In this document: positions 41,194 to 52,027 of the stretch, piece after piece
How positions within the stretch are numbered: the stretch's first letter is position 1
Layout of the letters: each line of letters begins with the position of its first letter
Virus record (IMG/VR): IMGVR_UViG_3300033233_000006
Coordinates: 32,001-96,000 of that record
Source: a virus
DNA: 64,000 nucleotides
Strand: one strand, 5' to 3'
Position numbers and translations under genes: made by a program
The notes under the pieces: generated by a model
What the model was told of the DNA's origin: nothing
The model's database searches: none
What the model saw: the letters and a program-made list of their open reading frames with translations, nothing else

Positions 41194-42042
41194 GTGCCCG
41201 GAATCACCGACGTTCCCGGCGTTGAGGTGTGGGGGGCCGGAAGGGGGCAGTACGACATGCCCTGTGGGTGGGTCGACGAGCAGGGCAAGGCCCACAAGAA
41301 GGTCGTCCTCCGCGAGATGATGGGCACGGAGGAGGACATGATGGACGACGATTCCGTCCCGCGTCACACCCGAACGACCAACGTCCTCACGGCGTGCATC
41401 GACGAGCTGGACGGCGTGAAGGACAAGGACAAGATCCGCGACATCGTTGCTGATGAGGTGAAAGTCGGAAAGGGGATCACCTCGACCGACCGCATCGCGC
41501 TCATGGTCTTCCTGCGGCGCGTCTCCCTCGGCGACAACTACAAGTTCGAGCGCCGGTGCCCGTGCCCGCGCCAGCACCTCTGCAAGAACCGCTCGCTCGA
41601 CCTGCGGACCATCGGGATCAAGGCGGTCCCTGACGAGCGCGTCCCGAAGCGCCGCGTCGAGGTCACGCTCCCGCGCTCCAAGAAGAAGGCCGTGCTCCGA
41701 GTGATGACAGCCAAGAGCGAAGGTCCGCTCGTGGCCCTCCGGCCCACCTCGAAGGACTTGCGCTCGGTGGCGATCACCGCACGCGTCGAGTCCCTCGATG
41801 GTCAGCTCCTCGACAACCCCAGGATCGCCGTCGACATCGTGAAGGCGCTGCCGCTCGACGACCGCGAGTTCATCCGGTCGTGCTACGACAAGATGGAGGC
41901 CGACGTGGACACCTCCGTCGAGGTCCAGTGCGACCACCCCCTCTGCGCAGCCGAGTTCTCCTTCCCGCTCGACCTGGGCCAGAGTTTTTTCTCGAAGGGG
42001 GAGGAAGATGGGGCTACGGAGAAGGATCTGCGCTGGCTGTAG
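41194..42042 (+). CDS. Baseplate-hub / tail assembly chaperone
   Basis: VVLREMMGTEED, DRIALMVFLRRVSLG, CPC..C, CDHPLC; before tape measure. Confidence 0.75.
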   Translation: MPGITDVPGVEVWGAGRGQYDMPCGWVDEQGKAHKKVVLREMMGTEEDMMDDDSVPRHTRTTNVLTACIDELDGVKDKDKIRDIVADEVKVGKGITSTDRIALMVFLRRVSLGDNYKFERRCPCPRQHLCKNRSLDLRTIGIKAVPDERVPKRRVEVTLPRSKKKAVLRVMTAKSEGPLVALRPTSKDLRSVAITARVESLDGQLLDNPRIAVDIVKALPLDDREFIRSCYDKMEADVDTSVEVQCDHPLCAAEFSFPLDLGQSFFSKGEEDGATEKDLRWL

Positions 42043-42311
42043 GACCCGCGTTTCACGCTTTTCTCCCCCTCGGACACCGCGCCAACCTGGAGTTCGAGAT
42101 CGTTTTCCTCATGGAAGCCTACAACCAGCCGTATGACGCGATCATGTCGATGCCCTCGTCTCGGCGGCATCGGTTGGTCAAGATACGAGAGGAGATCGTA
42201 AGATCGAGGAACCAGAAACGAGGAGGGAACGAAGGGGGCGGACCGATGGGTCCACCTCCTTCGGGACCAGGTAGTCCGCCAGCCGGTTGGCGTCCTCCTT
42301 CGAGGCCATAA
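41985..42311 (+). other. Predicted -1 programmed frameshift site and extension frame of the tail chaperone
   Basis: In-frame slippery heptamer T-TTT-TTC at 41985-41991; -1 frame open to 42311 (EIVFLMEAYNQPYDAIMSMPSSRR). Confidence 0.7.
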
Positions 42312-42328
42312 GGGATGTAGGAGACACG

Positions 42329-45300
42329 GTGCCCGCTCAGCCTTACAGCCTTGGAATCGGAGTCCAGGTCGACTACCAGTCGATCGAACGGGCGGCAAGC
42401 GCCATCGAGCGGCAGCTTCTCAATGCGTTCCGCGGAGTGTCGCGGGACGCATCGAAGTACGCCGGGCAAATCACCGAGTCCTTCGGCGGCAAGGGCGGTG
42501 GCGGAGCGCCAGCCAGCGACAAGCTCGCTGGCGCCCTCGGCGGAGCCGTCGGTCCAGCCGAGCTGCCGATGCTTCCCGGAGCGATCGGCCCCGAAGCGCC
42601 CAAGAGCATCGACAAGATGGCGACGGCAATCGGCGATCTCGCCAAGGAGACCAAGCCGGCTGTAAAGGAGCTGGCTAAGCTCGACGAGGAGGTGAGGGAG
42701 AAGCCGAAGGACGCGAAGAAGGCCGTGGCCGGCTTCGGAGACTTCGCCAAGGCGATCGGTCACGTCGCGAACGTCGTCTCCGACTTCGCTAACAAGATGC
42801 GTCAGGGCTTTGCCTTCACGAAAGACGCCGAACTGCTCGAAGTGGCGACGATCCGTATGGCCGTCGGGCTGGGCGAGGGGTGGAAGCGCGCCGATCAGCT
42901 CCGCGACAGCATCGTCGACCTCGGTACGGCGACAGGCCAGAACGTTCACGAGATTACGAAGATGGACGCGGCGCTCGTAAATGCCGGCATGACGTTCACG
43001 AACTTCTCGACCGACACCCAGAAGGCGATCATCAGTCTCGGACACAACTACGGACTCACCGGCGAGCAGATCGCGACCACAGCGACCACGCTCGACACGT
43101 TCGGTCAAGACCTGGGCAACGTGCTCGGCGACGCCGTGCGCTTCCAGAAGGGCTTCAAGCTCCCCGGCGTCTTCGAGCAACTGCCCGGCATCGTGAACTT
43201 CGCCCGCGACTCGTTCCTGTCGTTCAGTGACAAGATCGTCGGCTCCGGCGCTGACATCGTTAAGACGGCCATGCACACGTCAGGCGTCTTCGCCAAGGCG
43301 TTCGGCACGACGATGGCTGATGCGACCAAACGCGCCGAGCAGGCGATGTCCAGGTTCGCCGAGTCGGCTCAGCAGGACCAAGATGTGTTCCTTGGCCTCG
43401 GGACCGAGTTCAGCGGCCTCACCATGTCGCTCATGCAAGCCGGTGTTCCGATCCAGCGCGCAATGGATCTCACGAAGGAGGGCTTCACCGACACCGTCGA
43501 GGCGGCCAAACATTACCGCGAGGTTCTCGACAAGATGCCGAACAGGTTCATGAAGGACCGCTTTATGCGCCAGCTCCAGAAGGAGCTGCCGAGGGACGTG
43601 TTCGCGCTCGTCAAGGACACGAAGCTGCTCCAGAAGACGCTGGCCGATCGCGGCAAGGCGGCTGACATCGAGAAGACGTGGAATCAGGCCGGCGTCGGCG
43701 TCTTCAACGACATGACGACGACGCTCCAGAGCGCCACGGCTGAGCTGCGCGAGATGTTCAACAACGTGGTGGAGGTCGGCAAGGCGATCGGCGGCCAGAT
43801 CGGGAAGATGCTCGGGCTCGACGAGATGTTCAAGGGCGCGACCGATACCTTCAAGGACTTCAACAAGTCGATCCTCGCCTTCGTGAAGTCTGAGCGCTTC
43901 ACGAAGTGGATGGAGACGATCAAGCCCTACGTCGTGAGCATCGGTAAGGTGCTTCTCCCAATCGGGACCTTGATCGGCGGCATCGGTGGGGCTATCGGGA
44001 GCCTCTGGAGCGGAACGAAGGTTGTTACGAAGGGTTTCACGCTCGCTGAGAAGCCGATCGCGTTCCTCGCCAAGATGTTTCCTCGGCTGGGCAAGGGCGT
44101 CAACTTCCTCCTGACGCCGCTCAAAGTGCTCGGCAAGTTCGCCGGCAAGCTCGTAAGCAAGGCGTTCGGCATCGGTCTTCTCATCGACGGATTCAACGCG
44201 TTCAAGACGGCGATCTTGGACATGGGCGAAGTCCTGGGTGATCCGAACGCGACCGGTATGGAGAAGTTCGAGGCGATTGCCCGCGGACTGATCAAGGGCG
44301 TCGGCAAGTTCATCGACGGCGCACTCCTCGGCATCCCGAGCTGGCTCCTGAGCAAGTTCTTCCCGGACATGGAGAAGTCGTTCGACAGGGGCATCGCGGG
44401 GATCTTCGACACACTCGGCGAGTGGTTCGGCGATGGACCGGGCGGCATCTTCGACACTGTCGGCGGGTGGGTGTCAAGGCTTGGCGACTACCTGGCCTCG
44501 CACATCCCCGACTTGGCCGCGTTCACCAAGTCGTTCGGAAAGGCGCTTGGGCAAGTGCTCGCCTTCATGGCGAAGACGAGCGTCAAGGGGCTCAAGTTCA
44601 TCTTCATCGACCTGCCCATCAAGATCATGAAGGCCGAGGTGGGGCTCATCGTTTCAGCGGTGAAGTCCCTCTTCTCCAAGAGCGCCGATGCCGGCGCGGA
44701 CGCCGTGAAGGAGTCGTTCACCCTCGATAAGTTTCTCAAGACGCTTGGAACCCGGCTCTCGCCCATCACCGATTTCATGGTGGGCCTCGGTGAAGGGATT
44801 GCCGGTTCGTTCGGCACCTCGCTGAAAGCCGTCGGCCTCCGCTTCAAGATCCTATGGGAGACCGTCAAGTACGGCGCCGAGTCGGCTGGCGACTGGATCT
44901 ACGACGCATTCGCGAACAACTGGGACCGCATGCAGAACGGAATGAGTAAGTTCGGCGGCCTCCTCAAGAAGTTCTTCACCGTCTCGATTCCTTCAACCGC
45001 CGAGCAGGCGATGGTCCTCGTGATCGGCTCGTGGAACTCCGGCTTCGCGGCGATGAAGGTCGTGGCCTACGAGATGATCGCTGGCGTCGCAAAGGCATTC
45101 AGCGACCTCGCCACGACGGCGATCGACAAGCTCAAGAGCGTGGCTGACGCGCTGCCTGACATGACGCCGGGGATCAAGGATCTCCGGGCCAAGCTCGATA
45201 GCGCCAAGGCGACGGTCGGCGGCCTTGCAAGCAGTTTCACCGATATGACGACACAGGCCAAAGCGGATCTCGCCAACTCGCTGGTCGGCACGGCTCAGAA

Positions 45301-46009
45301 GATCAAGGCGATCGAGGACAAGGCGACTGCTGAAAAGGCGGCGATCGACGAGGTGACCAACGCCGTCTCCAAGCAGCTCGCCGCTGAAATAGCAGCGCGT
45401 GAGGCCGTCTCGGCGAAGAACAGAGAGGCTCACAGGGAGAAGCTCGTCCAGCTCAACTCGGAGTTTGCGCAGGAGACGAGAAACGTCGAACAGCAGCAGC
45501 AGCGGGCGACGGACGCCCGTCGTTTCGCCAAGGAAGCGCGCAAGTTCGAGGAGGGCACTATCGAGCAGTTTACGAAAAGTGGGAAGGCCCAGAAGATGTG
45601 GGGCGCGGAGGGCGTCGATGCCGCGTCGAAAGTCATCACCGACCGGACGGAGAAGCTGGTCGCCTCGCTCACCGAAGATGTCAAGAAGGGCAGCATCAGC
45701 GTCGAGGAGGCCAGAAAGCGCCTTGACGACGACCGATTCAGAACGCTCAAGGCCGGCGAGGTGGCCGGTCAGGAAGCCTACAAGAAGACGACCGGCGTCG
45801 CCGCCGGTGCCACAGCTGCGCGGGCCGGCGGCGGTCCAGCGCCGGGCGGCATGAGCGATGAGGCGGTCAAGCAGCTGATGGAGAACATCAACCGCGGCGG
45901 TGGGCGGGGCAGCAACAGGGTTACGGTCACGCTCAACGGCGGCGACGCAGTGTCGCGAGCGCTCGTGAGCAAGTCTCAGGTCGACGCCAAGAACGCCGGT
46001 ACCGAGTAA
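42329..46009 (+). CDS. Tape measure protein
   Basis: About 1226 aa, helical, A/G-rich; RBS AGGAGA before GTG 42329; follows chaperone. Confidence 0.88.
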   Translation: MPAQPYSLGIGVQVDYQSIERAASAIERQLLNAFRGVSRDASKYAGQITESFGGKGGGGAPASDKLAGALGGAVGPAELPMLPGAIGPEAPKSIDKMATAIGDLAKETKPAVKELAKLDEEVREKPKDAKKAVAGFGDFAKAIGHVANVVSDFANKMRQGFAFTKDAELLEVATIRMAVGLGEGWKRADQLRDSIVDLGTATGQNVHEITKMDAALVNAGMTFTNFSTDTQKAIISLGHNYGLTGEQIATTATTLDTFGQDLGNVLGDAVRFQKGFKLPGVFEQLPGIVNFARDSFLSFSDKIVGSGADIVKTAMHTSGVFAKAFGTTMADATKRAEQAMSRFAESAQQDQDVFLGLGTEFSGLTMSLMQAGVPIQRAMDLTKEGFTDTVEAAKHYREVLDKMPNRFMKDRFMRQLQKELPRDVFALVKDTKLLQKTLADRGKAADIEKTWNQAGVGVFNDMTTTLQSATAELREMFNNVVEVGKAIGGQIGKMLGLDEMFKGATDTFKDFNKSILAFVKSERFTKWMETIKPYVVSIGKVLLPIGTLIGGIGGAIGSLWSGTKVVTKGFTLAEKPIAFLAKMFPRLGKGVNFLLTPLKVLGKFAGKLVSKAFGIGLLIDGFNAFKTAILDMGEVLGDPNATGMEKFEAIARGLIKGVGKFIDGALLGIPSWLLSKFFPDMEKSFDRGIAGIFDTLGEWFGDGPGGIFDTVGGWVSRLGDYLASHIPDLAAFTKSFGKALGQVLAFMAKTSVKGLKFIFIDLPIKIMKAEVGLIVSAVKSLFSKSADAGADAVKESFTLDKFLKTLGTRLSPITDFMVGLGEGIAGSFGTSLKAVGLRFKILWETVKYGAESAGDWIYDAFANNWDRMQNGMSKFGGLLKKFFTVSIPSTAEQAMVLVIGSWNSGFAAMKVVAYEMIAGVAKAFSDLATTAIDKLKSVADALPDMTPGIKDLRAKLDSAKATVGGLASSFTDMTTQAKADLANSLVGTAQKIKAIEDKATAEKAAIDEVTNAVSKQLAAEIAAREAVSAKNREAHREKLVQLNSEFAQETRNVEQQQQRATDARRFAKEARKFEEGTIEQFTKSGKAQKMWGAEGVDAASKVITDRTEKLVASLTEDVKKGSISVEEARKRLDDDRFRTLKAGEVAGQEAYKKTTGVAAGATAARAGGGPAPGGMSDEAVKQLMENINRGGGRGSNRVTVTLNGGDAVSRALVSKSQVDAKNAGTE

Positions 46010-46020
46010 GGAGGTGACGT

Positions 46021-46341
46021 GTGCCGACCATCCGACGAAACCCGCAGGGTCCGCTGCGCAACGCCACCCTCGTCCAGTTCAACGAGGTACTGTTCTGGGA
46101 CAAGACGGCACCGCCGACGATTGCGCCAGCGGACGATGACTCGCAGTACACCGTCAAGAGCTTCGACCGTCACGACTTCATAGGCTTCCGCGAGCTGGGG
46201 TCGAGCCAGTTCGGCTGGATCATCATGGAGCGGCAGGACCAGGCCGGAGACCAGATGCGGCTCTGGCCGAACGACTGGGTTCCGGGTCGGCGCATCGCCA
46301 TCCCGTCTCGCGACAGTCTCTCGGCGAGGGGGATCGTCTAG
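46021..46341 (+). CDS. LysM-like baseplate protein (gp53 / tail X-like)
   Basis: YTVKSFDRHDFIGFRELGSSQFGWII...PGRRIAIPS; RBS AAGGAGG. Confidence 0.75.
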   Translation: MPTIRRNPQGPLRNATLVQFNEVLFWDKTAPPTIAPADDDSQYTVKSFDRHDFIGFRELGSSQFGWIIMERQDQAGDQMRLWPNDWVPGRRIAIPSRDSLSARGIV

Positions 46342-47933
46342 TGGTCGCCGGAACCATTGATCCGTTCAAGGGACAGCCGAAGGTCGGCGACTTCTTCGCG
46401 CCGTTCTTCACCGTCCGGTTCCTCGCTGCGACTTCGACACCGGCGCTTCAAGCTGGGCCGTTTGGAGCTGCCGCCAACAAAGCGAACGCCGTACTCGGCG
46501 CCATCGCGGACGTGACGGCTGAGATAGTCGTCTCATCCGGCGACACCAAGATCAGATTCTCCGAGGACAAACGCACCTCACAGTTCCGTTCCACGATGAC
46601 GCGTCTCACGGTCACGAATCAAGGCGGCGGCGCGAACTTCGCCGAGGTGGTGATAGAGCCTCCGTTCGAGGAGGCCAAGAACATCATCGACAACCAGCTC
46701 ATCCAGTGGAACTCGGTCATGGTCATCGAGTGGGGTTGGGTATCCAACGGCTCGAAGGACTCGATCATCTCCGATCGACACTACTTCGTGATCCAACAGC
46801 CCAAGTTGGAGATGCACGGAACGGACGTAACCATCACGATCGTCGGTGTGGATATGTTCGCCTACTCGTCCACCAAGCGAGAGGATCGGCGATCGTGGCC
46901 GCGTTCGCAGTACCCCACCGATGCGCTCATCCTCGCGGAGATCGCCAAGAAGAACAACTTCAAGCTCAACTTCTCGCTGGCCCCCTATCCGACACTTCGC
47001 GCGCCGCTGGGTATCTCCGTTCCGCTGATCTCGTCGCCAACCTCGACTGTGCTGATCCACCGGACGCATCCGATCGACGACAAGGAGCCGACTGTCGTCG
47101 AGCAGAACGAGAAGAGCTGGGTCTTCTTCGCCCGGCTCTGCGACATGAACAACTGCTCCTTTTTCACGATCGGTGATACGGTTTACATCGTCGACCAGAA
47201 CATCGCCAAGGTGCAGGAGACCTCCTACCGACTCATCTTCTTCCAACAGCCGAACGGCCCTCGCGACGTTCCGATGATGAGCTTCTCCACACAGGCCCTT
47301 CCCCAGCTCTTCTTCCCGGCTGAATCGAAAGAGATCAAGTACTCCCATCACGACATCGACCAGAACAGGGTCGTAACCATCAGCATCGACCCGACGCAGA
47401 TGCCGGATCAGGTTGCTCTCGGGCAGCGCACGGCAGCTGGAAAGGGGGAGGCCGACGGGCGGACAGTTCAAGTCGCCGCTGGAGTGCAGACCGTTCCGAA
47501 CCCGGCTTACACGTCGACCGAAACGGGAAAGCACTTCTCGGTGCCCAACCAGCAATCGAGTCGCGACGAGATGGCAAAGCGCGTGGCCCGGAACGCGATG
47601 ATCGTGGCGAACACGAACGCGGAATGCACCGTTCCAGGCGTTCCGCACATGGTTCCGCAGCAGCTTGTACGCGTCGAAGGCGTCTCCAAGACCTTCTCCG
47701 GGGTCTACATGATCCTGAAGGTCGTTCATCGCCTCGATCCCTCCGGCTACGAGACGGATCTCACGCTCATCCGCGATTCGAGCACTGGTGACAAGGCCAC
47801 CGGCAAGGGCGAGCGCCCGACCACCGGCGGCAGCGACCCCGAACAAGCGGATGGGGCCGGCGAAGCGACTACGGCGGCTGTCGCGGAGGACGAGAAGTTG
47901 CCGCAGTTGGACCGGGGGACTGGTGCCGAATGA
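46341..47933 (+). CDS. Baseplate hub protein (gp27 / late control D-like)
   Basis: IEWGW, EKSWVFFARL, VPGVPHMVP..LVRVEGVSKTFSGVYMILKVVHRL..GYET. Confidence 0.8.
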   Translation: MVAGTIDPFKGQPKVGDFFAPFFTVRFLAATSTPALQAGPFGAAANKANAVLGAIADVTAEIVVSSGDTKIRFSEDKRTSQFRSTMTRLTVTNQGGGANFAEVVIEPPFEEAKNIIDNQLIQWNSVMVIEWGWVSNGSKDSIISDRHYFVIQQPKLEMHGTDVTITIVGVDMFAYSSTKREDRRSWPRSQYPTDALILAEIAKKNNFKLNFSLAPYPTLRAPLGISVPLISSPTSTVLIHRTHPIDDKEPTVVEQNEKSWVFFARLCDMNNCSFFTIGDTVYIVDQNIAKVQETSYRLIFFQQPNGPRDVPMMSFSTQALPQLFFPAESKEIKYSHHDIDQNRVVTISIDPTQMPDQVALGQRTAAGKGEADGRTVQVAAGVQTVPNPAYTSTETGKHFSVPNQQSSRDEMAKRVARNAMIVANTNAECTVPGVPHMVPQQLVRVEGVSKTFSGVYMILKVVHRLDPSGYETDLTLIRDSSTGDKATGKGERPTTGGSDPEQADGAGEATTAAVAEDEKLPQLDRGTGAE

Positions 47934-49366
47934 CGCAACCGGGCATCACGGACCTCTTCGTCAACTTCGCTCGCGATCTGCGGAACCGCGGTGTGGAGTT
48001 CGTCTCGGGGCGCTACCTCGGGAAGTATCCCGGTGTCGTTACTGACACCGATGATCCCCAAGGCCAGAGCCGCGTCCTCGTAACGTGTCAGGTCGCCACC
48101 GGACGCGACACGCCGCTGAATCTGTGGGCCTACCCGAGTTCGCCCTACGCCGGGCGCAACAAGGGCTTCTACACGCCACCCGATGTGGGAGACGGCGTGT
48201 GGGTGTGGTTCGACCACGGCGACGTGACGCAGCCGCGCTTCTCGGGGAGCTTCTGGTCAAACCCGCAGCTCATCAGAACGAAGGAGACCTCTCACATCCC
48301 CTTCGAGTTCAGGAAACTCACGCCGGGTCAGGTGACGACCCGCGGCTTCAAGACCAAGGGCGGCCTCGGCTGGCTCTTCGAGGACGACAACACGCTCCCT
48401 CTCGGACGGCGCTTCGAGCTGTGGACGGGGCAACAACCGCCCGGAGACCCGGACGGCGCGTCGGAGCGCCACCACCAGCTCGTAATGAGCGACAAGCCGG
48501 GCAGCGAGAGCATCGAGGTCTCGTCGAATGGCGGCCAAGCGACCCAGTGGATCGACATCGCCGGTCAGGCGGCGATCAGGAACACCACGGTCGGCGGTCT
48601 CTTCGTCAACCTCCTCGACTACATCCAGAAGATCGTGTTGGGCGGCCCCCTCGGGTTCACGGTCTCGATCGACGAGGGGTCGGGCAAGCGGATCGAAGCG
48701 AGGACGCCGCTCGGGCTCTTCGCGCGCCTGCTCGAAGCGACCAAGGTCATCGAGTCGGGCGGGCCGCTCGGCTTCAAGTCCACGATCGACGAGCAGACCG
48801 GGGCGATAACCCTGGAGACGCCGCTCGGGAAGAAGCTCAAGATCGACGAGACCGGGTCGACGATCCTCATCACGGACGAGCTGTCAAACAGCTTCACGAT
48901 CACTCCTGCCGGAATCATCGTCGACTCGAAGACGCTCGTGAACATTCAAGCGCTGGCTGCGCTCCAGATGAGCGCTGGGGCCGCCGCTTCGCTGATCGCG
49001 CAGGGCGCCGTTGCGATCACTGGCCTCGGCATCGCCATCGAGAGCACCGGCGCAGCTCCTATGAGCACGATCGCGGGTGGCGTCTCGAACAACACCTTCG
49101 TTGGACTCGTGAGCGAACAATTCCTGGGGGCGCTCACATGGGCCATCACCGGGCTGTGGCAGGTTGGAGCCTCGATCGTGAACATCACGTCGCCCAACAT
49201 CCAGCTCGGCACCGGCGGATCGAACTTCTTCCTGGTCGATGAGCGCTTCCTCACCCTCTACAATGCACATACGCACATCTCCAGCGTTCCAGCTGCTCCG
49301 ACGGGGCCGCCGCTGGTTCCGGCTGTGATCGCCGCGCAGACGACCACAGCGGTCAAGGCCAACTAG
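47930..49366 (+). CDS. gp5: Baseplate central spike (gp5 OB-fold and beta-helix)
   Basis: YLGKYPGVVTDTDDPQGQSRV, PPDVGDGVWVWFDHGD..PRFSG; C-terminal YNAHTH. Confidence 0.88.
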   Translation: MTQPGITDLFVNFARDLRNRGVEFVSGRYLGKYPGVVTDTDDPQGQSRVLVTCQVATGRDTPLNLWAYPSSPYAGRNKGFYTPPDVGDGVWVWFDHGDVTQPRFSGSFWSNPQLIRTKETSHIPFEFRKLTPGQVTTRGFKTKGGLGWLFEDDNTLPLGRRFELWTGQQPPGDPDGASERHHQLVMSDKPGSESIEVSSNGGQATQWIDIAGQAAIRNTTVGGLFVNLLDYIQKIVLGGPLGFTVSIDEGSGKRIEARTPLGLFARLLEATKVIESGGPLGFKSTIDEQTGAITLETPLGKKLKIDETGSTILITDELSNSFTITPAGIIVDSKTLVNIQALAALQMSAGAAASLIAQGAVAITGLGIAIESTGAAPMSTIAGGVSNNTFVGLVSEQFLGALTWAITGLWQVGASIVNITSPNIQLGTGGSNFFLVDERFLTLYNAHTHISSVPAAPTGPPLVPAVIAAQTTTAVKAN

Positions 49367-49375
49367 GAGAGCGGC

Positions 49376-50029
49376 ATGAGGATGCCGACTGTGGATCTGA
49401 CGGGTCGCGTCTTCGGGCGGCTGCGCGTCATCCGCTTCGACGGACGAGGTGAGCGCCGCCAGGCACGCTGGCTTTGCGCGTGCGAGTGCGGTCGTGAGGT
49501 GGGCGTCTTGGGGGCCCGGTTGACCCAACCGACGCGCCCCACCATCTCGTGCGGATGCGTGTGGAAAAGTCGTGGAGGGAGGTCGCGGACGCCGGAATAC
49601 GGCGCATGGCTTCACATGATCGGTCGGTGCCACAACACAGACGACCCAGGCTACAAGAGCTACGGCGGACTGGGAGTCATCGTCTGCCGGCGCTGGCGCC
49701 ACAGCTTCGACGCCTTCTTGGCCGATGTCGGACCGCGGCCACCGGGAACGAACGGCAAGCGCGCCGCCTACTCGCTCGATCGGTTCCCAGACAAGAACGG
49801 GAACTACGAACCGGGGAACGTGAGATGGGCGACCTGGCGCGAACAGCAAAACAACAGGAGAAACAATCGTCGCCTCACTCTTGGAGCCGAGACGCATACG
49901 TTGGCCGAGTGGGCGCGTCGTCTTGGTGTGAGCGGACCAGCTGTCTCCCAGCGACTCAGGATGGGCTGGTCCATGGCTGATGCGCTTACCAGCCCGGCGT
50001 GTAACAATAGCGCGGATCGGGGCACGTAA
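49376..50029 (+). CDS. Free-standing HNH homing endonuclease
   Basis: DLTGRVFGRLRV, WLCACECG, SCGC, YGGLGVIVC, SLDRFPDKNGNYEPGNVRWAT..QQNN. Confidence 0.9.
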   Translation: MRMPTVDLTGRVFGRLRVIRFDGRGERRQARWLCACECGREVGVLGARLTQPTRPTISCGCVWKSRGGRSRTPEYGAWLHMIGRCHNTDDPGYKSYGGLGVIVCRRWRHSFDAFLADVGPRPPGTNGKRAAYSLDRFPDKNGNYEPGNVRWATWREQQNNRRNNRRLTLGAETHTLAEWARRLGVSGPAVSQRLRMGWSMADALTSPACNNSADRGT

Positions 50030-50032
50030 CCG

Positions 50033-50401
50033 ATGGCACGCATAAAGGGACTCGCGGTCAACTTCCGGTTCGACACGGCTGGTTACCCGTCGGAAGCCAT
50101 CGACGTGGAGCTGCTCGGCGACTCGATCCTGACCGTACTCAAGACCATCCCCGGCGAGCGCCCTTACCGTCCGACGTTCGGCTGCTATGCCGTCCGGCTG
50201 CTTTTCGCCAACATGGGTCGTGCCGCCGCGCTGAGGGCCCGTACCGAAGCGCGCAGGGCCATCGAGACCTGGGAACCGAGAGTGATCGTGGACGACATTC
50301 TTCTGACCACGGCGGACAGCACGATTACGCTCACGGTCGTCTGGCGCCCCAAGGGCAACGCTGAGCAACGGCAGCAGACATCGTTGCAGGTAGCGGCCTG
50401 A
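50033..50401 (+). CDS. gp25: Baseplate wedge protein gp25
   Basis: LKTIPGERPYRPTFGC...AIETWEPRVIV. Confidence 0.92.
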   Translation: MARIKGLAVNFRFDTAGYPSEAIDVELLGDSILTVLKTIPGERPYRPTFGCYAVRLLFANMGRAAALRARTEARRAIETWEPRVIVDDILLTTADSTITLTVVWRPKGNAEQRQQTSLQVAA

Positions 50402-52011
50402 TGGTCGGCGGCGGCATCTCCCTCAGTACCACGGCACGCGACTTGGTCCGGTCGGGATTCTTTGGGAAAGACTTCGACACCTACGTCTCCGAGCTGGTCG
50501 ACTTCATCGGGCTCCGGTTCGGGACGGACGTGGCGAACAACATCGTCGCCAGCGAGCAGGGCATCGTCCTCATCGAGATGATGGCGTTCGCTCTCTCCAC
50601 GATGTCGTGGTACGGCGACCGACAGGCCGACGACACGACTCTCCTGAATGCGAGGCTCAGGGCGGCGGCTGTCGTGATCGCTCGGCAGCTCGGCTACGTT
50701 GCGCGAGCATCGGTTCCGCCCGCCGTGACTCTCACCATGACGCTCACGACGCCGCCACCGTCGCGACTCACGATCGACCAGGGAACGAAGATGAGCGGGC
50801 CCAGTGGCCTCATCTTCGAGACGGCGCAGCAACTCATCTTCGACACCGGCGTCGTCGGTCCGGTGACCTTCGCCGCCCGAGAGGGCCAGACGCTCAGCGC
50901 CGTCTTCACGTCCAACGGCGAACCGAACCAGGTCTTCCCGATCACGTCCGTTCCGACCGGGAAGTCGATCGCCCAGGACTCAGTTCAGGCGTTCGTGTCG
51001 ACGCTCCAGTGGACGGCCAATCCGATCATCACCTTCGATCAGACGAACCAGTTCGAGTTCCAGTACGGGTTCAACCCGCCCCGGCTCCTATTCGGCGACG
51101 GCATCGCCGGCAACATCCCGCCCAAGGACGCCGAGATCAAGGTCATCTTCTTCGTGACCGACGGCACGGCTGGTTCCGTTCCGGCCAACTCGGTCAAGTC
51201 GTTCTCTGCGCCGCTCGCCGTCGGCACGACGCTCATCGGCACCAGCATCTCCCAGCCCGACCCCTCGACCCCCGGTTCCGATCCTGAGACGATCGCGTCG
51301 ATCAAGAACAACGCGCCGCTCGTCTTCCAGGCAGCTCAACGCGCGGTGACCCAGGCCGATCTCGACGGATGGATCAACGGCTTCATCGACCCGACGTTCG
51401 GCGGCGTAGCGATCGGGCGCGCGACCGTTCCGCGCTCCTATCAGCAAGACGCGGAGGCGCTCTCGATCATCCAGGCGATGATCAACGCCAGTGTGCCGGC
51501 GGACGTGGTGACGCGGCTCCAGAACTACTGGAACACCGTCCTCTCGTCGAACTGCGCTGCCAATGTCGTCGTAGCCCAGATCCTCTCGTCCGACTCGATC
51601 GGGCGCTACGTAAGGGCTCCCGTCGGCCTCGCGCGAGCGCTGGAGACGTTCCTGGGCGCCAAGACGGAGAGCACGGTCAAGGTCCACGTCGCCGACGGCT
51701 CGGTCAATCTGCTCTCGGTCGACCTCGCCGTCGACCTCCACGTCCTCCCGGCGTTCGCCAGCCAGGAGGCGACGCAGGCGGTCGTGGCCTCCGTCATCGA
51801 CACGCTCGAACGACAGCTCCTCGGGCGACGCTACGGCGACTCGCTCCGCATCAGCGACCTCTACCAAGCGGTCGAGGCAGTGGACGGGGTCGACTACTCG
51901 CACATCGCGATCACGAACAACCTGACGCGCGTGAGCGCGCCTGGCGACCTTCCGATCAACGACTTCGAGGTCGTCACTTTGGGGCAGCTGCCCGTCGTGA
52001 CCGTGGTCTGA
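50401..52011 (+). CDS. gp6: Baseplate wedge protein (gp6 / baseplate J-like)
   Basis: KDFDTY, LIEMMAF, ARQLGY, LLFGDGIAGNIP, GSDPETIASIK, QRAVTQAD, AVDGVDY. Confidence 0.9.
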   Translation: MVGGGISLSTTARDLVRSGFFGKDFDTYVSELVDFIGLRFGTDVANNIVASEQGIVLIEMMAFALSTMSWYGDRQADDTTLLNARLRAAAVVIARQLGYVARASVPPAVTLTMTLTTPPPSRLTIDQGTKMSGPSGLIFETAQQLIFDTGVVGPVTFAAREGQTLSAVFTSNGEPNQVFPITSVPTGKSIAQDSVQAFVSTLQWTANPIITFDQTNQFEFQYGFNPPRLLFGDGIAGNIPPKDAEIKVIFFVTDGTAGSVPANSVKSFSAPLAVGTTLIGTSISQPDPSTPGSDPETIASIKNNAPLVFQAAQRAVTQADLDGWINGFIDPTFGGVAIGRATVPRSYQQDAEALSIIQAMINASVPADVVTRLQNYWNTVLSSNCAANVVVAQILSSDSIGRYVRAPVGLARALETFLGAKTESTVKVHVADGSVNLLSVDLAVDLHVLPAFASQEATQAVVASVIDTLERQLLGRRYGDSLRISDLYQAVEAVDGVDYSHIAITNNLTRVSAPGDLPINDFEVVTLGQLPVVTVV

Positions 52012-52027
52012 TGGAGAGGACTGACCG

